Shown here piece after piece: positions 26,044-37,886 of a DNA stretch of 64,000 bases. The notes under the pieces were generated by a model, which was not told the origin of the DNA, made no database searches, and saw only the letters and a program-made list of their open reading frames with translations. The translations under genes were made by a program, and so were the position numbers. This DNA comes from Trichosphaerium sp. ATCC 40318 (Eukaryota; Protista; Tubulinea): contig JALMLS010000514.1 of NCBI GenBank assembly GCA_038496445.1, positions 1 through 64,000 on the forward strand, written 5' to 3'. Every line of letters begins with the position of its first letter. Positions within the stretch are counted from its first letter, which is position 1.

Positions 26044-27420
26044 ATGGGCGATAATCACTACTTGAAGCCAAGCTGCTTTTTCAAGATTATAGTTGGTACG
26101 TGGCGAAGGGCGGGGCTATACAGGAGCTACAAGCATAATACCACGGCCTCAAAGCTTGTTTTTAGCGTGTATCCATTTTTCTAACTTTGAAATTAGTCGG
26201 TGGAGGTGCAGTTGGTAAATCTGCAATCACAATAAGGGTACTATTCATCCTAGCTGTACACAATTTCTAACAAATCACAGTATACTTCTGGACACTTTGT
26301 GGAAAGATACGACCCCACAATTGGTATGTGTACACAGAGTAGCAAACTACTAGCCCAAACGCTAGCACTGCGCCAAATTAAAAACAAAACTCAAAACTAA
26401 TTGAAGTTACTAGAGGATAGCTACACAAAACATACACAAGTAGACGAGAATGTAGCTGTATTAGAAATTCTCGACACTGCTGGTAAAACTACAGTCCGCG
26501 CATCTTTTAGACTAAAAGTTTAATTTAAGGCCAAGAAGAATATAATGCAATGCGTGAGCATTATCTACAAGCTGGTGATGGTTTTTTGCTTGTTTACTCA
26601 ATAACAAGCTACCCGAGTTTTAAAGAACTCGATAATTTTGTAGAGTTGATATTACGCGTCAGAGACCAAGATACCCTAAAGGTACGACTCACAAGAACAT
26701 TTTTGAACGTGCACGCTGTTATTTTACGTAAAAGACTCAATGCAACTGTTGGTCTTTCAACGTTAGAATTACGCCTTTCTACTGTAGCGGAAATATTAAA
26801 CGCATTCCGCTACACTTTTTTGGGTCAAAAAGTCTATTTTTCGAAACTCGCTTCTAACTGATTGAAACAAGGGTATGCCAGTTGTACTTGCTGGAAACAA
26901 GTGTGATCTCATTGAAAAACGAGATGTAACAACAGTTGAAGGAAAGGAATGGGCTGAAAAGTGGGATATCAAAAACTTTTACGAAGTACGTTTTTAAACT
27001 GTTCATTCTTACTTTTAAACCTTCAAAACCTTATTACTATACATTATCGTAAGTTTCTATGCACTATTCAACCAGTTTCAACCAGTTGAAGTAATCTAGT
27101 AATTTTTTTTCCTTTTTTGAAATAGAAACTTTCTTTTTGTTTTTATTTATCCGTATGAGCTTTGTTGTATTATTATAAAGCGTCTTATATGTTTTTAAGG
27201 TATCAGCAAAGGAAGTCATCAATGTTAATGAGGCTTTTTCTCAAATTGTACGATTAGTGCGTGAAGAGCGTACAAAGTACTTCAGTGGATCCTCTGCTTT
27301 CGAGAAAGTAAGTTATTCCGTTTTAACTTCGAAGTTAAAACGCTTTTTTCGCTTTAATTACGATATGAGTTAATTGTTCGCTAGGATGCTAAAAAACGTA
27401 AATTTTGCACTGTATTATAA
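26044..27420 (+). CDS. Ras-family small GTPase
   Basis: Spliced [35 protein letters not shown] and CaaX CTVL. Confidence 0.92.
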
Positions 27421-27899
27421 ATATAAGCGCTAAGGAATGCGCATTAAAGCCTGTACATAAAACTATTTGTTGTTTTAAAAAAAGCCAAGAGTTGCAGTTT
27501 TCTGTTCGTTATCTACAACTGAGAGTACTTCTAGAAGGTGCATTTTGAATTTCGACTTTAGGAAGTTTTTTGTTCCTTGATAGATATCCAGAAGACTTTT
27601 TTTTTTCTGTTTTTGTTTGTCAATTTGATTGCTTGTGTGCGGGTTATATTTCTCCGTGTTAAACCCCATTTCTCCTGTGCGTTTAGTAGGATATAGTGTG
27701 GTTTTACAGAGTAAATTGGAGGTATTGAGAACGGAAAGTAGCCATTGTCGTAAAACCCGAAATGAACCATGGTATTCGATATCCAAGCAAATGCTCTCCT
27801 ATTTTTTATGTCCGCATGGCTACCCTACTAATAGTGTAGGATGAAGATTGGTAGGGAATTATAGAAGCCATATTTGGGTGCCATAATTGGTATTTTTAG

Positions 27900-28720
27900 A
27901 GTGCACTGAATGCAACATATATTATCGTCTTCTTGGTGCACGTTTCCTTGTGTGTCTGCTGGTAGCAAGGAGTGGTATCCTTAATTGCTGTGGAACTGAC
28001 TCAGATGACCCAATTTGGTCAATAGGGTAAATGGTATGGATAAGGAGTATGAGAGGATGTGCTGTATTTCTAGTGTCCTGGCTAGTTTGACTCAACTTCC
28101 CTATTTGATATCGACGTCCTTCAGAGAAAGGTATCTTCATCCACATGTGCCTCCTTGAATGATGAATTCAGTTTGCTAAATAATTGTAGCATTACATAGG
28201 TAGATGTTTTGTATTTCGTTGCGTTTTAACAGGTGTCTTGTGAGACAATTACGATACCATATTTACATTGTACCACTAATAAACCTGGTAAACTCGTTTC
28301 CTAGTATTCTACGTACCTAACACCAGCGACATAAAACACTTAATCAATAGCTGACCTGGTTGTGTAGTCTCCAAACAATCCATGTTAGCCAATTGAGAAA
28401 CAAACCCTTAACCACACTTCGGCTCTGTTTTTTTATGTATTCCAGTACATCAAGTGCCTTGGTTGTTTCTCAGTGGTTGTTAGGATTCCTTACTACCTCC
28501 TCGTTTTCGGTTGTACTTGGTGGGCCAATTTCTTTATCCATTTGTTAGTTTTCAAATAACCTGACCAGCCATAAAGACTTACGTATTGGTAAGCCATCCC
28601 TCAGGTATTTATGTGCTTGTCACTAGTAAGAAACATGTTTACTATGCGTAAAGGTGTCAAGCCTGCGACCATTCAAGCCAAGAAATAGGTTCTCTCCAAT
28701 CTGTGTTTGTCAGTTGAGGA
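27900..28720 (-). mobile_element. Possible decayed non-LTR retrotransposon ORF2 3' remnant
   Basis: Broken frames contain ISWLEWS, AHKYLRDGLPIR and LTWIVWRLHN, resembling LINE C-terminal motifs. Shares a 17-nt exact match with window positions 60-76. Confidence 0.25.
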
Positions 28721-29317
28721 ACATACATTAAATTGTACCAACTTGATTGTACCTTTCACGTTTTCAGCCGTTCTACTAGTAGGTATTTTTTCAGGGGTCC
28801 TACGATAATCGACGATGTTAATAGCACGTGGTCTTTTTTCGCATAAAAAGCGAACATGTTGGCATCAAGCGGTTTTGAGATTTTCTGAAAAACGAAATCC
28901 TATTCTGCCGGGCCAGTAGGTCCTTTTGCTTCGTTTTTTTGCATGACAACCAAGGCGGGAGGCAAGTAGATAGCATAGAGCGTTTGAAAAAAAATGCCAC
29001 AGAACTTTGTTATTGCGCTCTTTACAAAATGCCAATGAAAGTGGTGTATGACTAACATTCAAATAAGCGCATTTATTGCTATTGACTGTCATTCTTATTG
29101 TCTGAAGAATTTCTTCAGGACCGAATTCCCGCAGTATTTTCCGATAACACTGTTGGTTCTCTGGTATGACTTGGCGTGCTTATAGTCACAAGTAAAAACT
29201 GTCTGGAGGGACTACCACGGCGACATAGGCCTTTTCTCGACCAAACTAAGAATACGAAAACTATTTAGTTGTTTGGCGCCTGTATTTGGCTTTGTGTTAA
29301 CAACGCGTTAGTCTAAA

Positions 29318-31761
29318 ATGACTTCTGAGTCTGTAAAACGAAGTGCGTATTTTTTTGATTGCTTTTTTTGGCCTTGGGCGTCCTAGAATGCGGGATAAAC
29401 ATTAGTTAGACAATAATTTGCGTTTACAGACACTAATCCTCTTTTAGGTTTACAAAATGTTCCAATAGAAGTACCAACGTCTATGGGCACCCTTCCTTCT
29501 GATGTCCTACGGTTAATAGCGTCTAAACACCAAGACGTCTATTTTGTTTTACCAACACTCTCTAAACGTTTCGCTACGAACACACGATACAATAACAAAC
29601 TACAGCAACACGGAGAGGTTCTTTTCTTCTTTCCTAACGAAAAAACAAAAATAAACTGCTCGCAAGTGTTCAATAACGGCTCAGAGTGCGGTGTGTTCCG
29701 TACATTCCATGATAACGGTGGAGTTGAAAAAGAGACTTATTACAAAAATGGAAGAGCGAATGGAGTTTCGAAGCACTACGACAAGGAAGGGAACCTTATA
29801 TGTCAAAAGAGTTATATAGATGGTGAACCAGATGGTGAGATTACTTGCTGGTACCCAAGCGGTATTTTAAAGAGCCGTGAGTATTGGAAAAAAGGAACTC
29901 CTAGAGGGATTTATCAAGAATATTATGAGAATGGTACTTTGGCTGATGTTGTTGAATGGAAAGACGGTTTTCAAGTTGGTACTCATAAGATGTTTTATCC
30001 TAATGGTAGAATCAAAAGTACACTTGATGAGGATGGTAGTTTAACAGTAATACATATGTATGATGAAGAAGGTAACTTAACTTGCGTTAAAGAGTCCAAA
30101 GGTGATCAAGATAAAATTATAAGAGCTGATCCTGAATCCGGCCAGATTGTTGTTATTAACTTGAAGAATAACTGCGTTGAGACTGAGGATAGCCTTGAAA
30201 CTGATATTCTTCCTGAAGCTAGCAGCAGTATCGAAACAGACATTCGTCTTGAAGCCGATGATAGCCTTGAAGCTGATATTCATCTCGGAGTCGATGACAG
30301 CCTTGAAACTGATGTACATCTTGAAACGTCAACTCAAGAGGCTGATGATATTTCCCTTCATGATGTAGCCCTAGATAGCTTCGATGTTGATGATATTTCC
30401 TTCAGTGATACTGCGAGTAGTGAAGGTAATGATGAGTATAGTGACGATGAGCAATATTCTGATGACATATACGATGACGTTGATGCGGATGACTCGCAAT
30501 TGAGTTGTAACGACAAATTGAATTACCCTTACATACCTCCGTTACCATTACGTGAAGCTGGCTTGCTAGACATGAAGTGGAGCAACAAGGATGGAGATTG
30601 GAAAAAAATAAGTGGTGAAATAGATCTTGAACAAAGCAATGACGATAGCTCTGATGAATGTGGAGATAAGGATACTCCGGTTCTATTTGATAATGTTAAT
30701 GATATTCTTGAAAAATTTGGTACAAATGATAGTGCTCCTCTTTCTACTGTCTCAGCTGTACGTCTATTTCAGCTTAAGTTAGTCGCTTGCTAACCCTTTG
30801 AATAGCCAATTGAGACTCATGATTTAAAGATGGAAAAAATTGCGACTGTTGCTGAAAGTGCTGATCTCTTGGACAAACTCCAAGTTGAAGAAATTGTTCC
30901 TATAAAAAGTAAGTAAATCGTTTTTTTTTCATTTTTTTTGTTTTCAAACATCTAGCGCTTTTGCCAGCTTTATAAGGTCTTTGTTGACGCTTTTTTTTAA
31001 CTAAAGAGGCTGAGCCTTATGCTGCATACTTTGAATTTGGACGTATTGTGGAACTACGACAACGCGAGAGGGTATTGTTATTTTTCTTTTTTTTCTTCAT
31101 TTTTCATGATAGCTGATATTTTATCGTTTAGAGTCTCTCAGCGAGAAATGCAAGCTTACAACGACTTCTTGCGGACCGCGAGCATGAATTACGTGAAAAA
31201 GATGCTGCGTTAAATGATGCAATTGAGAAGTATCGCGTAGCAGAGCAGAGAAGTAGTGTTGAAACATCGTATGTTGTAATTTTTTTTCTTTTTTTTTTCT
31301 TTCACAACTGTTTTTGTTAACACGTGATGGTTTTTTTTTTACTTGTTTTTGTGAAACAAGCGTTATTGATGATATTCATTAGTAAACGATTATTCAAAAA
31401 AGCAAAGAGCACTGTAGCTCTTCACTTTAAAAAGCAACAAAGTATGATAAAAGGTGATTATAAAAAATCATTAAAGAATAAGAAGGAGAAGAAGAAAGGA
31501 TTATGTTCTTCTTCTTCTTACTTCTGTAGATTTTTTATATTCTTAATAAGTTGTATTATAATTACAACAAGCCTTTTATCTTTTATATACTTGTTAAGAC
31601 CTAAAGGATTTGAACCAATACTTGTACAGATGGATTATATTATAGATAATATAATCCAGTTTTATATTGTTAATTTTACTGAACCTGAACCCGAACCAGA
31701 ACCAGAACCAGAGGGATTTCTTGATATTATGTGGTCGTGGATATCATCACTATTGTCATAA
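29318..31761 (+). CDS. F-box-like + MORN-variant repeats + acidic repeats + coiled coil + C-terminal transmembrane anchor
   Basis: LPSDVLRLIAS, then YYENG-type MORN repeats and DDSLETDIHL repeats. Spliced downstream exons give LQRLLADREHELREKDAALNDAIEKY and a hydrophobic FFIFLISCIIITTSLLSFIYLL segment. Confidence 0.75.
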
Positions 31762-32170
31762 ATAAATTGTACATATCAGGGAATTAAGTTATCTGTTTAT
31801 GGCTTCTCATGCCCGTTAGAAACAACATTTCTTGCGGCGAACGAAAGTAACGGTATGATCACGTTTTGTTCAAACCTAAAGGCAAGTGATATGGACCACA
31901 GCGTCACAAACGATAATCAGCCGTGTTTTTGAGTGACAAACAATAAGTGCAAGATGGTTTACATAGAAAGGGTACATTTGAATCTTTTTCGATTTGAGTT
32001 TATGCTCAACCGCATTTTACACGCAGTATGGTCTCCCGGCTCACGGAGATTTCTTAGCCGAAAAATGGATTTTCCAATTTTTGCTAATTTCTTCGATTTT
32101 ACACTTTCATGAAAAAAAAACATTCATAAAAACTTACTCTTTCCACGTGCTTATTAACATAAACGCTGCA

Positions 32171-32854
32171 ATGGACGACTGCATTACCAAGATACTTACT
32201 TTTCTTCCTTACAATGAAGGCTTGCGTGTATTCTCGTTGGTTTCTAAGCAATGGCACGACTACGTTAAAGCTGTAGAGCCCTTAGCATCAAAGAAGGTGA
32301 ATAGATGCCGGTGGGAGTACTACGAACGAGAAATACCCGGTTCTGGCTTCAAAATAAGATCATTTGGTCGTCCATCGCGTCTACGCTTTTGCTGGGTTCT
32401 GGGTGATCTATTTATAACTGACGGGGACGGGGGCGCGGTTATTCGTGACTACAGAACCAAGAAGCACGTCACAGTCTTATTTAAAGACGATTCCATTACG
32501 TACGGAGAAGAAACGATCAGTTTTGGCTTTTCTAGCCATGGTACTCTTTGTGGGTTTGGAGAGGCTCAAGGAGGAGTACCAGACGGGTTATATAAAGAAA
32601 TAGAGAATGAATTCGACAGAAAGAAGCTTTACAAATTACGTTTATTCATTGAAAATTTTTTAAGTTGTTGTCAAGTTGAGGCGACTTATGAGAATGTAAG
32701 AAAGCTTGTCATAGAAACTTGTATTAGTGGGTACTTTATGATTCCATTTTTGGATAAATTAAAAAGAGTACCAAATGAGTGTTACACTTATGACTGGTAT
32801 AAATCTGGATTTGATGTTGATGATTTGTATCGAAGAATGGATGAATTACATTAA
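32171..32854 (+). CDS. Intronless F-box protein
   Basis: MDDCITKILTFLPYNEGLRVFSLVSKQW F-box at the first ATG of ORF 31994..32854. Confidence 0.7.
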   Translation: MDDCITKILTFLPYNEGLRVFSLVSKQWHDYVKAVEPLASKKVNRCRWEYYEREIPGSGFKIRSFGRPSRLRFCWVLGDLFITDGDGGAVIRDYRTKKHVTVLFKDDSITYGEETISFGFSSHGTLCGFGEAQGGVPDGLYKEIENEFDRKKLYKLRLFIENFLSCCQVEATYENVRKLVIETCISGYFMIPFLDKLKRVPNECYTYDWYKSGFDVDDLYRRMDELH

Positions 32855-32944
32855 TACATCTGGATTTGGTGTTGATGATTTGTTTAAAGAATGGGTGGAT
32901 TCATAACTCCTGGCTATATGTTATTCTATTTAAACATGAGGTCA

Positions 32945-34475
32945 GTGTCTTGGAACTACACAAAGATCAACTACAGAGGACATGAATAGAACCGGTCGCT
33001 GCTTGTCAGCCTACTCATCGAGGTCTTCTTCTTCATCGAGCTAATCAGGTTCATAAAAGCTCTTCAAGGTCGTTAAGTTTATTAACTAGTTTACTCACTC
33101 AAGTTGTAACTGGGTTCTATTTAAATAAATTTTTGTGTTGACTATGATTCGTTTGTATTTGTTGTTGAAACGCAGATGATATAAATTCTGACAAAACGGT
33201 AGTAATTATTCACTGAGGCCCCAGGGTCGAAAAAAACCTTCTTCTTGTCATCGCACCTGTTGTGTTGAACCTGCTTATCCAATTTTCTTACAGTCAAAAG
33301 AATTCTATTTGGTAATAATCCTGCCAGACCGCATGGCCAAACCAGAACATAAGGTACTTACAAATCTATTTAACACGTTAAATTGTACTTGTCAGCGAGA
33401 ATATAACGTGATTTTAATAGAATTATTTGGAAAAACCAGATGTTACTTCTCTATTATTACACCTTCCCGTTGAGATACAGCTTGATATCATAGATATTGA
33501 TTTTGAAGTATATTTAAAATATCCTATATTATCAAGAAGATCAGCATCTACAACAAGGTTTGATACTGACTTAAAGAAACATTCAAAATGGCTGAGACGT
33601 ATTGAATCACCTGAATTTCAAATCACTTATCAAGAGTGTTGGCGTCATGGTAAGAGAGAAGGAGACTTTAAAAAGTGGTATGACAATGGTCAATTATGGG
33701 AGCAATGCTATTACGTCAATGATGCACTTGAAGGAAAATATAAGCGGTGGCATAGAAATGGACAATTATCAGAACAATCGATTTACTCAGAAGGTAAATT
33801 AAATGGAGAATACACTCAATGGCACAATGAAGGCCAGTTGAAAGAAAAGTGTTATTATGTTGATGACAAGCGAGAAGGTGAATACTTGTCTTGGTGTGAT
33901 AATGGTCAACTTTATGAGAAGTGTCATTATGTTGACGGAAAGCTTGAAGGAGAGCTAAAGTATTGGTTTCCTTTCGGAGAATTAAAACAAGTTGAAACAT
34001 ATGTCAATGGTATACGACATGGGTTGTATAAACGTTGGGCCGCAAAATCTGTACCTGAGGAACAGTGTTATTATGTTGAAGGTAAAATGGAAGGAGAATA
34101 CAAGAGCTGGTACTTCAATGGTAATTTAGAAGTTCATTGTTGGTTTGTTAATGATAAGTACGATGGAGAGTATAGACGTTGGCATTTCAATGGAAACCTC
34201 AAAAAGGAATGCCACTACACTGCTGGTGGCCTTGATGGCGAATACAATGAGTGGTATGACAATGGCAAATTGAAACAGTGTCTGAATCTAAATGCTAAAC
34301 AAAATCAATTATGCAATATCTGTTGAGCGAATTTCTTCGATTTTAAACCTTGGCAGGTACTTTTCTAGTGCCACTATCAACTCTTACACTATCACTTGAT
34401 CTGGAATATGTCTGATCTTGTTGTATTAAAGCTCTTAAATTTCAATTGCTTGTAACCACTGAAAGTCACGTGAAA
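32945..34475 (+). repeat. Left arm of ~1.5 kb inverted duplication (partner 42603..44395)
   Basis: Aligns to the reverse complement of 42603-44395. Covers the SPRY-gene 3' end, intergenic DNA, the MORN gene and its 3' flank. Confidence 0.9.
33333..34326 (+). CDS. F-box-like + MORN-variant repeat protein, copy A
   Basis: Exon 1 MAKPEHK (33333-33353), intron 33354-33420, then NYLEKPD..LLHLPVEIQLDI and about 10 WYDNGQL-type repeats. Confidence 0.85.
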
Positions 34476-34590
34476 TTTACGTTGACACCTATAGTTGGTG
34501 CTATGTTTAGTTGTATTGGGAGGCAACATTGCGAATCAAATCATCAAGTTTATTAACATATTTAAATAGTTTGTTTTTTTGCATTGATTT

Positions 34591-37490
34591 CTATTGTTGT
34601 ACAACTCCCTCATGTTTAGTTTTTCGAATTTGGAAAGGATATATTGTAGTAGGTCTAAAAGTAACTACAATTATTATGATTATGATCGAGACTAGCACAA
34701 TAACTCCAGTGCTAGCACCAGCAATTATTGGCAATAAATTGTTTTTTGATTCTGATGTTTGGATACAGATATCGTCTCTGCCCAGGTCAAACACAATGCT
34801 TAGTCGAGAATCTGAACGAATTAAGTTAATTGTAGGGTATTCGGCGAAATCTAGGAGAGTGTAGAACTGTTGTTTGGAGCTGTAAACAGGCTCATCTTGT
34901 TAATGTTTTTTTTTTTTTACCTGATAGTTTTAGCCTTCCTTGTATGCATTCATCATTTGTTTTGACGTTAACACCTGAAATGTCAGGTGTACAAGATGTA
35001 GGGAAATTGAAAGGGTTTAAGATGACTTTGTCTTCTCCGTTCGCATGCAAACTGGATGTGTTTACAAAAATTGTACCTGGAAATTTGTAAGGTTTGTTGT
35101 TTCGAACAAAAAAAGTCACGTGTCCTTACCATTTATCGTAATACATCCAGACGATATAGTTATTAGAGTATTGTCATCAATGAATATTATACTACTGTTT
35201 AAGATCAGATCGCCTATTGTTGTCAAACCAACAGTTAGAAATGGTAATCAAGTAGTTTTTAATGAGATTTGGGTGTACCTTGTATTTCGAGTGTGACACT
35301 AGAAAAGTCATCTTCATAGCTAATTTCATCGCTATCTATACTCCAAACATCGTTACCAATACATACAGCATCAGGAAGCGGTTTATCACTATTGCAGGTT
35401 GGTTCATATTCAAACATACCTGTTATTAGAGTGAGTGTAAAGGCTTGATTATGTTGTTTACCCATTGTTGGACCACTTGTAGATCGTGTGTTCTTGAAGT
35501 AGTCATAGGATACTCTATCAGTAACCGGACCAATAAATCTTGAAGTGTTAAGGAGCTGATAGAATCTGGGATCATGTTTTTCAACATGTCCTAAAAACTC
35601 AGGAGAAGACGAACTGATGTTCACCTTATTTTCTATTCAATCAATTTTAGAGTTTTTCAAACGCAGTGCTATGTGCCTGTGGTTCCCATGAAGCTTGACA
35701 TGTCCACGATAGGATCACTAGTGTATTTAAGGATATCATTGTTTGCTGTAGGCGTACATAAGGATGTTATTCTTGAAGACAGTTGTTGTATTTGTTGCGG
35801 AAGAAGTGTAAGATACTGAATGCAAAACATTGTGATACATTTCAATATGAGTGTTTAAGTTCCAGAAGTTCCTTATAATCTTCGCGTGTAGTATTAGGTT
35901 ATTTTCAAAAGTAAATAAGTTGTCACTCTCCTCCTTTGTAATACGTAACATTGGTTGGTTTCTAAGTGACATTATGCTCCTTAAACAAAATGAGTGAGGC
36001 AGTAGCAAGTGTTGCATACATCGTACCTTGAGACTGACACATTGCAAGTAGTATTGCCTACTGTAATAAAAGAGCCATGATATGGGATATCGTCAGGATC
36101 GTCATAGTATGCCTCAACGTCTTCAATAGTCTGAGGTGGGAGAAAGGATAAGAAAACTTGCTTCTTTTATAGTTTCGGCGTACAACTTGGGTTTCATTAT
36201 AATAAAAGTTGAAGGCACTTGAGAAGTTGCCTGTTATCGTAACATGGGAAATGTGTATATTCGTATTATTGTTATGTGTGCTGATGCCTAGTTGGTGTGT
36301 TAATATCAACATAACTAAGTCCTACGGCTAATAGACGTTGTTAACTCGGACTTACCATGAGCAGCAGTTGTATATCCTGTGTCATAACCGTAGCCGGGAT
36401 ACATTGCTATGAGTATAGTCAAACGCATAGTGTTATGTGTTGTTGCGTACTATTCAAGTCGTTGGATTCAATGAGAATGTTGTGAATCCTAACATGATGA
36501 CTATTTGTTGCAATCATTATTGCTTGTCTCCCACAGTCTTTGAATTTCATATTCTCTAAAGAAATATGATGACAATGATCACATCCGAAACCACGTGCTA
36601 CAAAAAAACCAAATAGTGAATATCACGTGACCAACCCAAAATATATTACTGGTCTCACTTACACATAGAATGAGCGACTGTTAGTCCAGATATATTCAAG
36701 TAAGAAGAGCTAACAAAACCGAGTGGTGAAGCAATCCAAAGAGAATTATCAATAAACTCAGTTCGATTAAAAATCTTCTCTCCAAACCTCAATTCGAATA
36801 CTGGTTCTTCACCTTTTTCGTTCAAAAAGTTAACTTACTTTCGTTATTAATTATTGTCCGTTGCAAGCAAGTGTAAAAATGCAAATTGCTATTTCGTTCA
36901 AAGAAATGTAAGGAATAACAGAACTTGCAAGTGCCCGAACTGTCAAGTTCTGTGAGAACTGTCATATCTATCACGTTTTCGCGATCGTTTACAATCAAGA
37001 GCCTCAGTTCTGACAGTTCTGTGGCAAGTTGGACAACCCGAAGATTGGTCAACTCTCAAACTGTACCTGCAGATCTGTAATTCTTGGTTTTATCCGCAAA
37101 CTTGCTTGCGACGGACAATACTTTCCGAAAACGTTAGGAATTCAAAATACTCTACCTTTTGCGTTTTTGATAGTTATGGGCTGATTTTCAGTGCCTCTAA
37201 GCCTCATCAATGTCAAATCAAGTGGAGTTGTAATATTGTAGGTATAAAGGCCGCCAAATACTTCAATTGTGTCTCCTGGTTTTACGACCTCAGTCAATTT
37301 TGCAAGCGATCCAGATGGTCTAGAAGTTTCGGTGTTAGGTTTTTTTTTTTCAAGCCAAAACGTTCTGAATATTTAATTCTACGCACGTGGTTTTCGTTTT
37401 TCCGTCTCCTTGTCCATTAGGAAGCATATAAAACACATCACACATTAAACTTGTTGTAAATAGTACTAAAGGTATATAAAGGTAGCGCAT
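34591..37490 (-). CDS. Type I membrane protein with right-handed parallel beta-helix ectodomain
   Basis: Signal peptide. FYMLPNGQGDG..KPGDTIEVFGGLY is typical of beta-helix N-caps, followed by FENNLI/FKNNIL repeats and a C-terminal TM IIAGASTGVIVLVSIIIIIIVV. Confidence 0.6.
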
Positions 37491-37886
37491 GTGCTTTAGA
37501 GCCACTACAAGATCATTCGGTAATACAAAGTCAGATAAAGTCACTCACAAATAAATTACTTCACAACTCCGGCTTTTTGGGTGTACCAATTTTTATACAT
37601 AGCTACGATACTACCTGGATATATCTTAGGAGACATCACCCAGCAAAAAAAGTTGAATTGAGACTTCTAAAACTACTGTTAAGGGTTGGAGATTTGCCGA
37701 TTTTCTACGCAAAGATAACCCTAAGTGTAGACTTGTGAAGGGTGTTAGGGTAAACCAAACTACAATACATACAAACAGCATGTGAGGAGGACGCGTCTAA
37801 GAAGATAAACAACGAAGATTACTTTGGGTTTAAAAATACTGTTCTTAAAATACATTTTTTTTACTTCATAAAAATAGATTTTGAAT

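Noticed and set aside
33427-34326. Bacterial YwqK-type antitoxin or contaminant
   Set aside because: It has a spliceosomal intron, no toxin partner, and is embedded among eukaryotic genes.
35715-35760. ATATCCTT U12-like signal on the minus strand
   Set aside because: It lies inside a normal 40-nt GTACGC..TAG intron rather than at a donor position.
37715-37755. Inverted CCCTAA/TTAGGG telomere-like hexamers
   Set aside because: Single copies with no tandem array.
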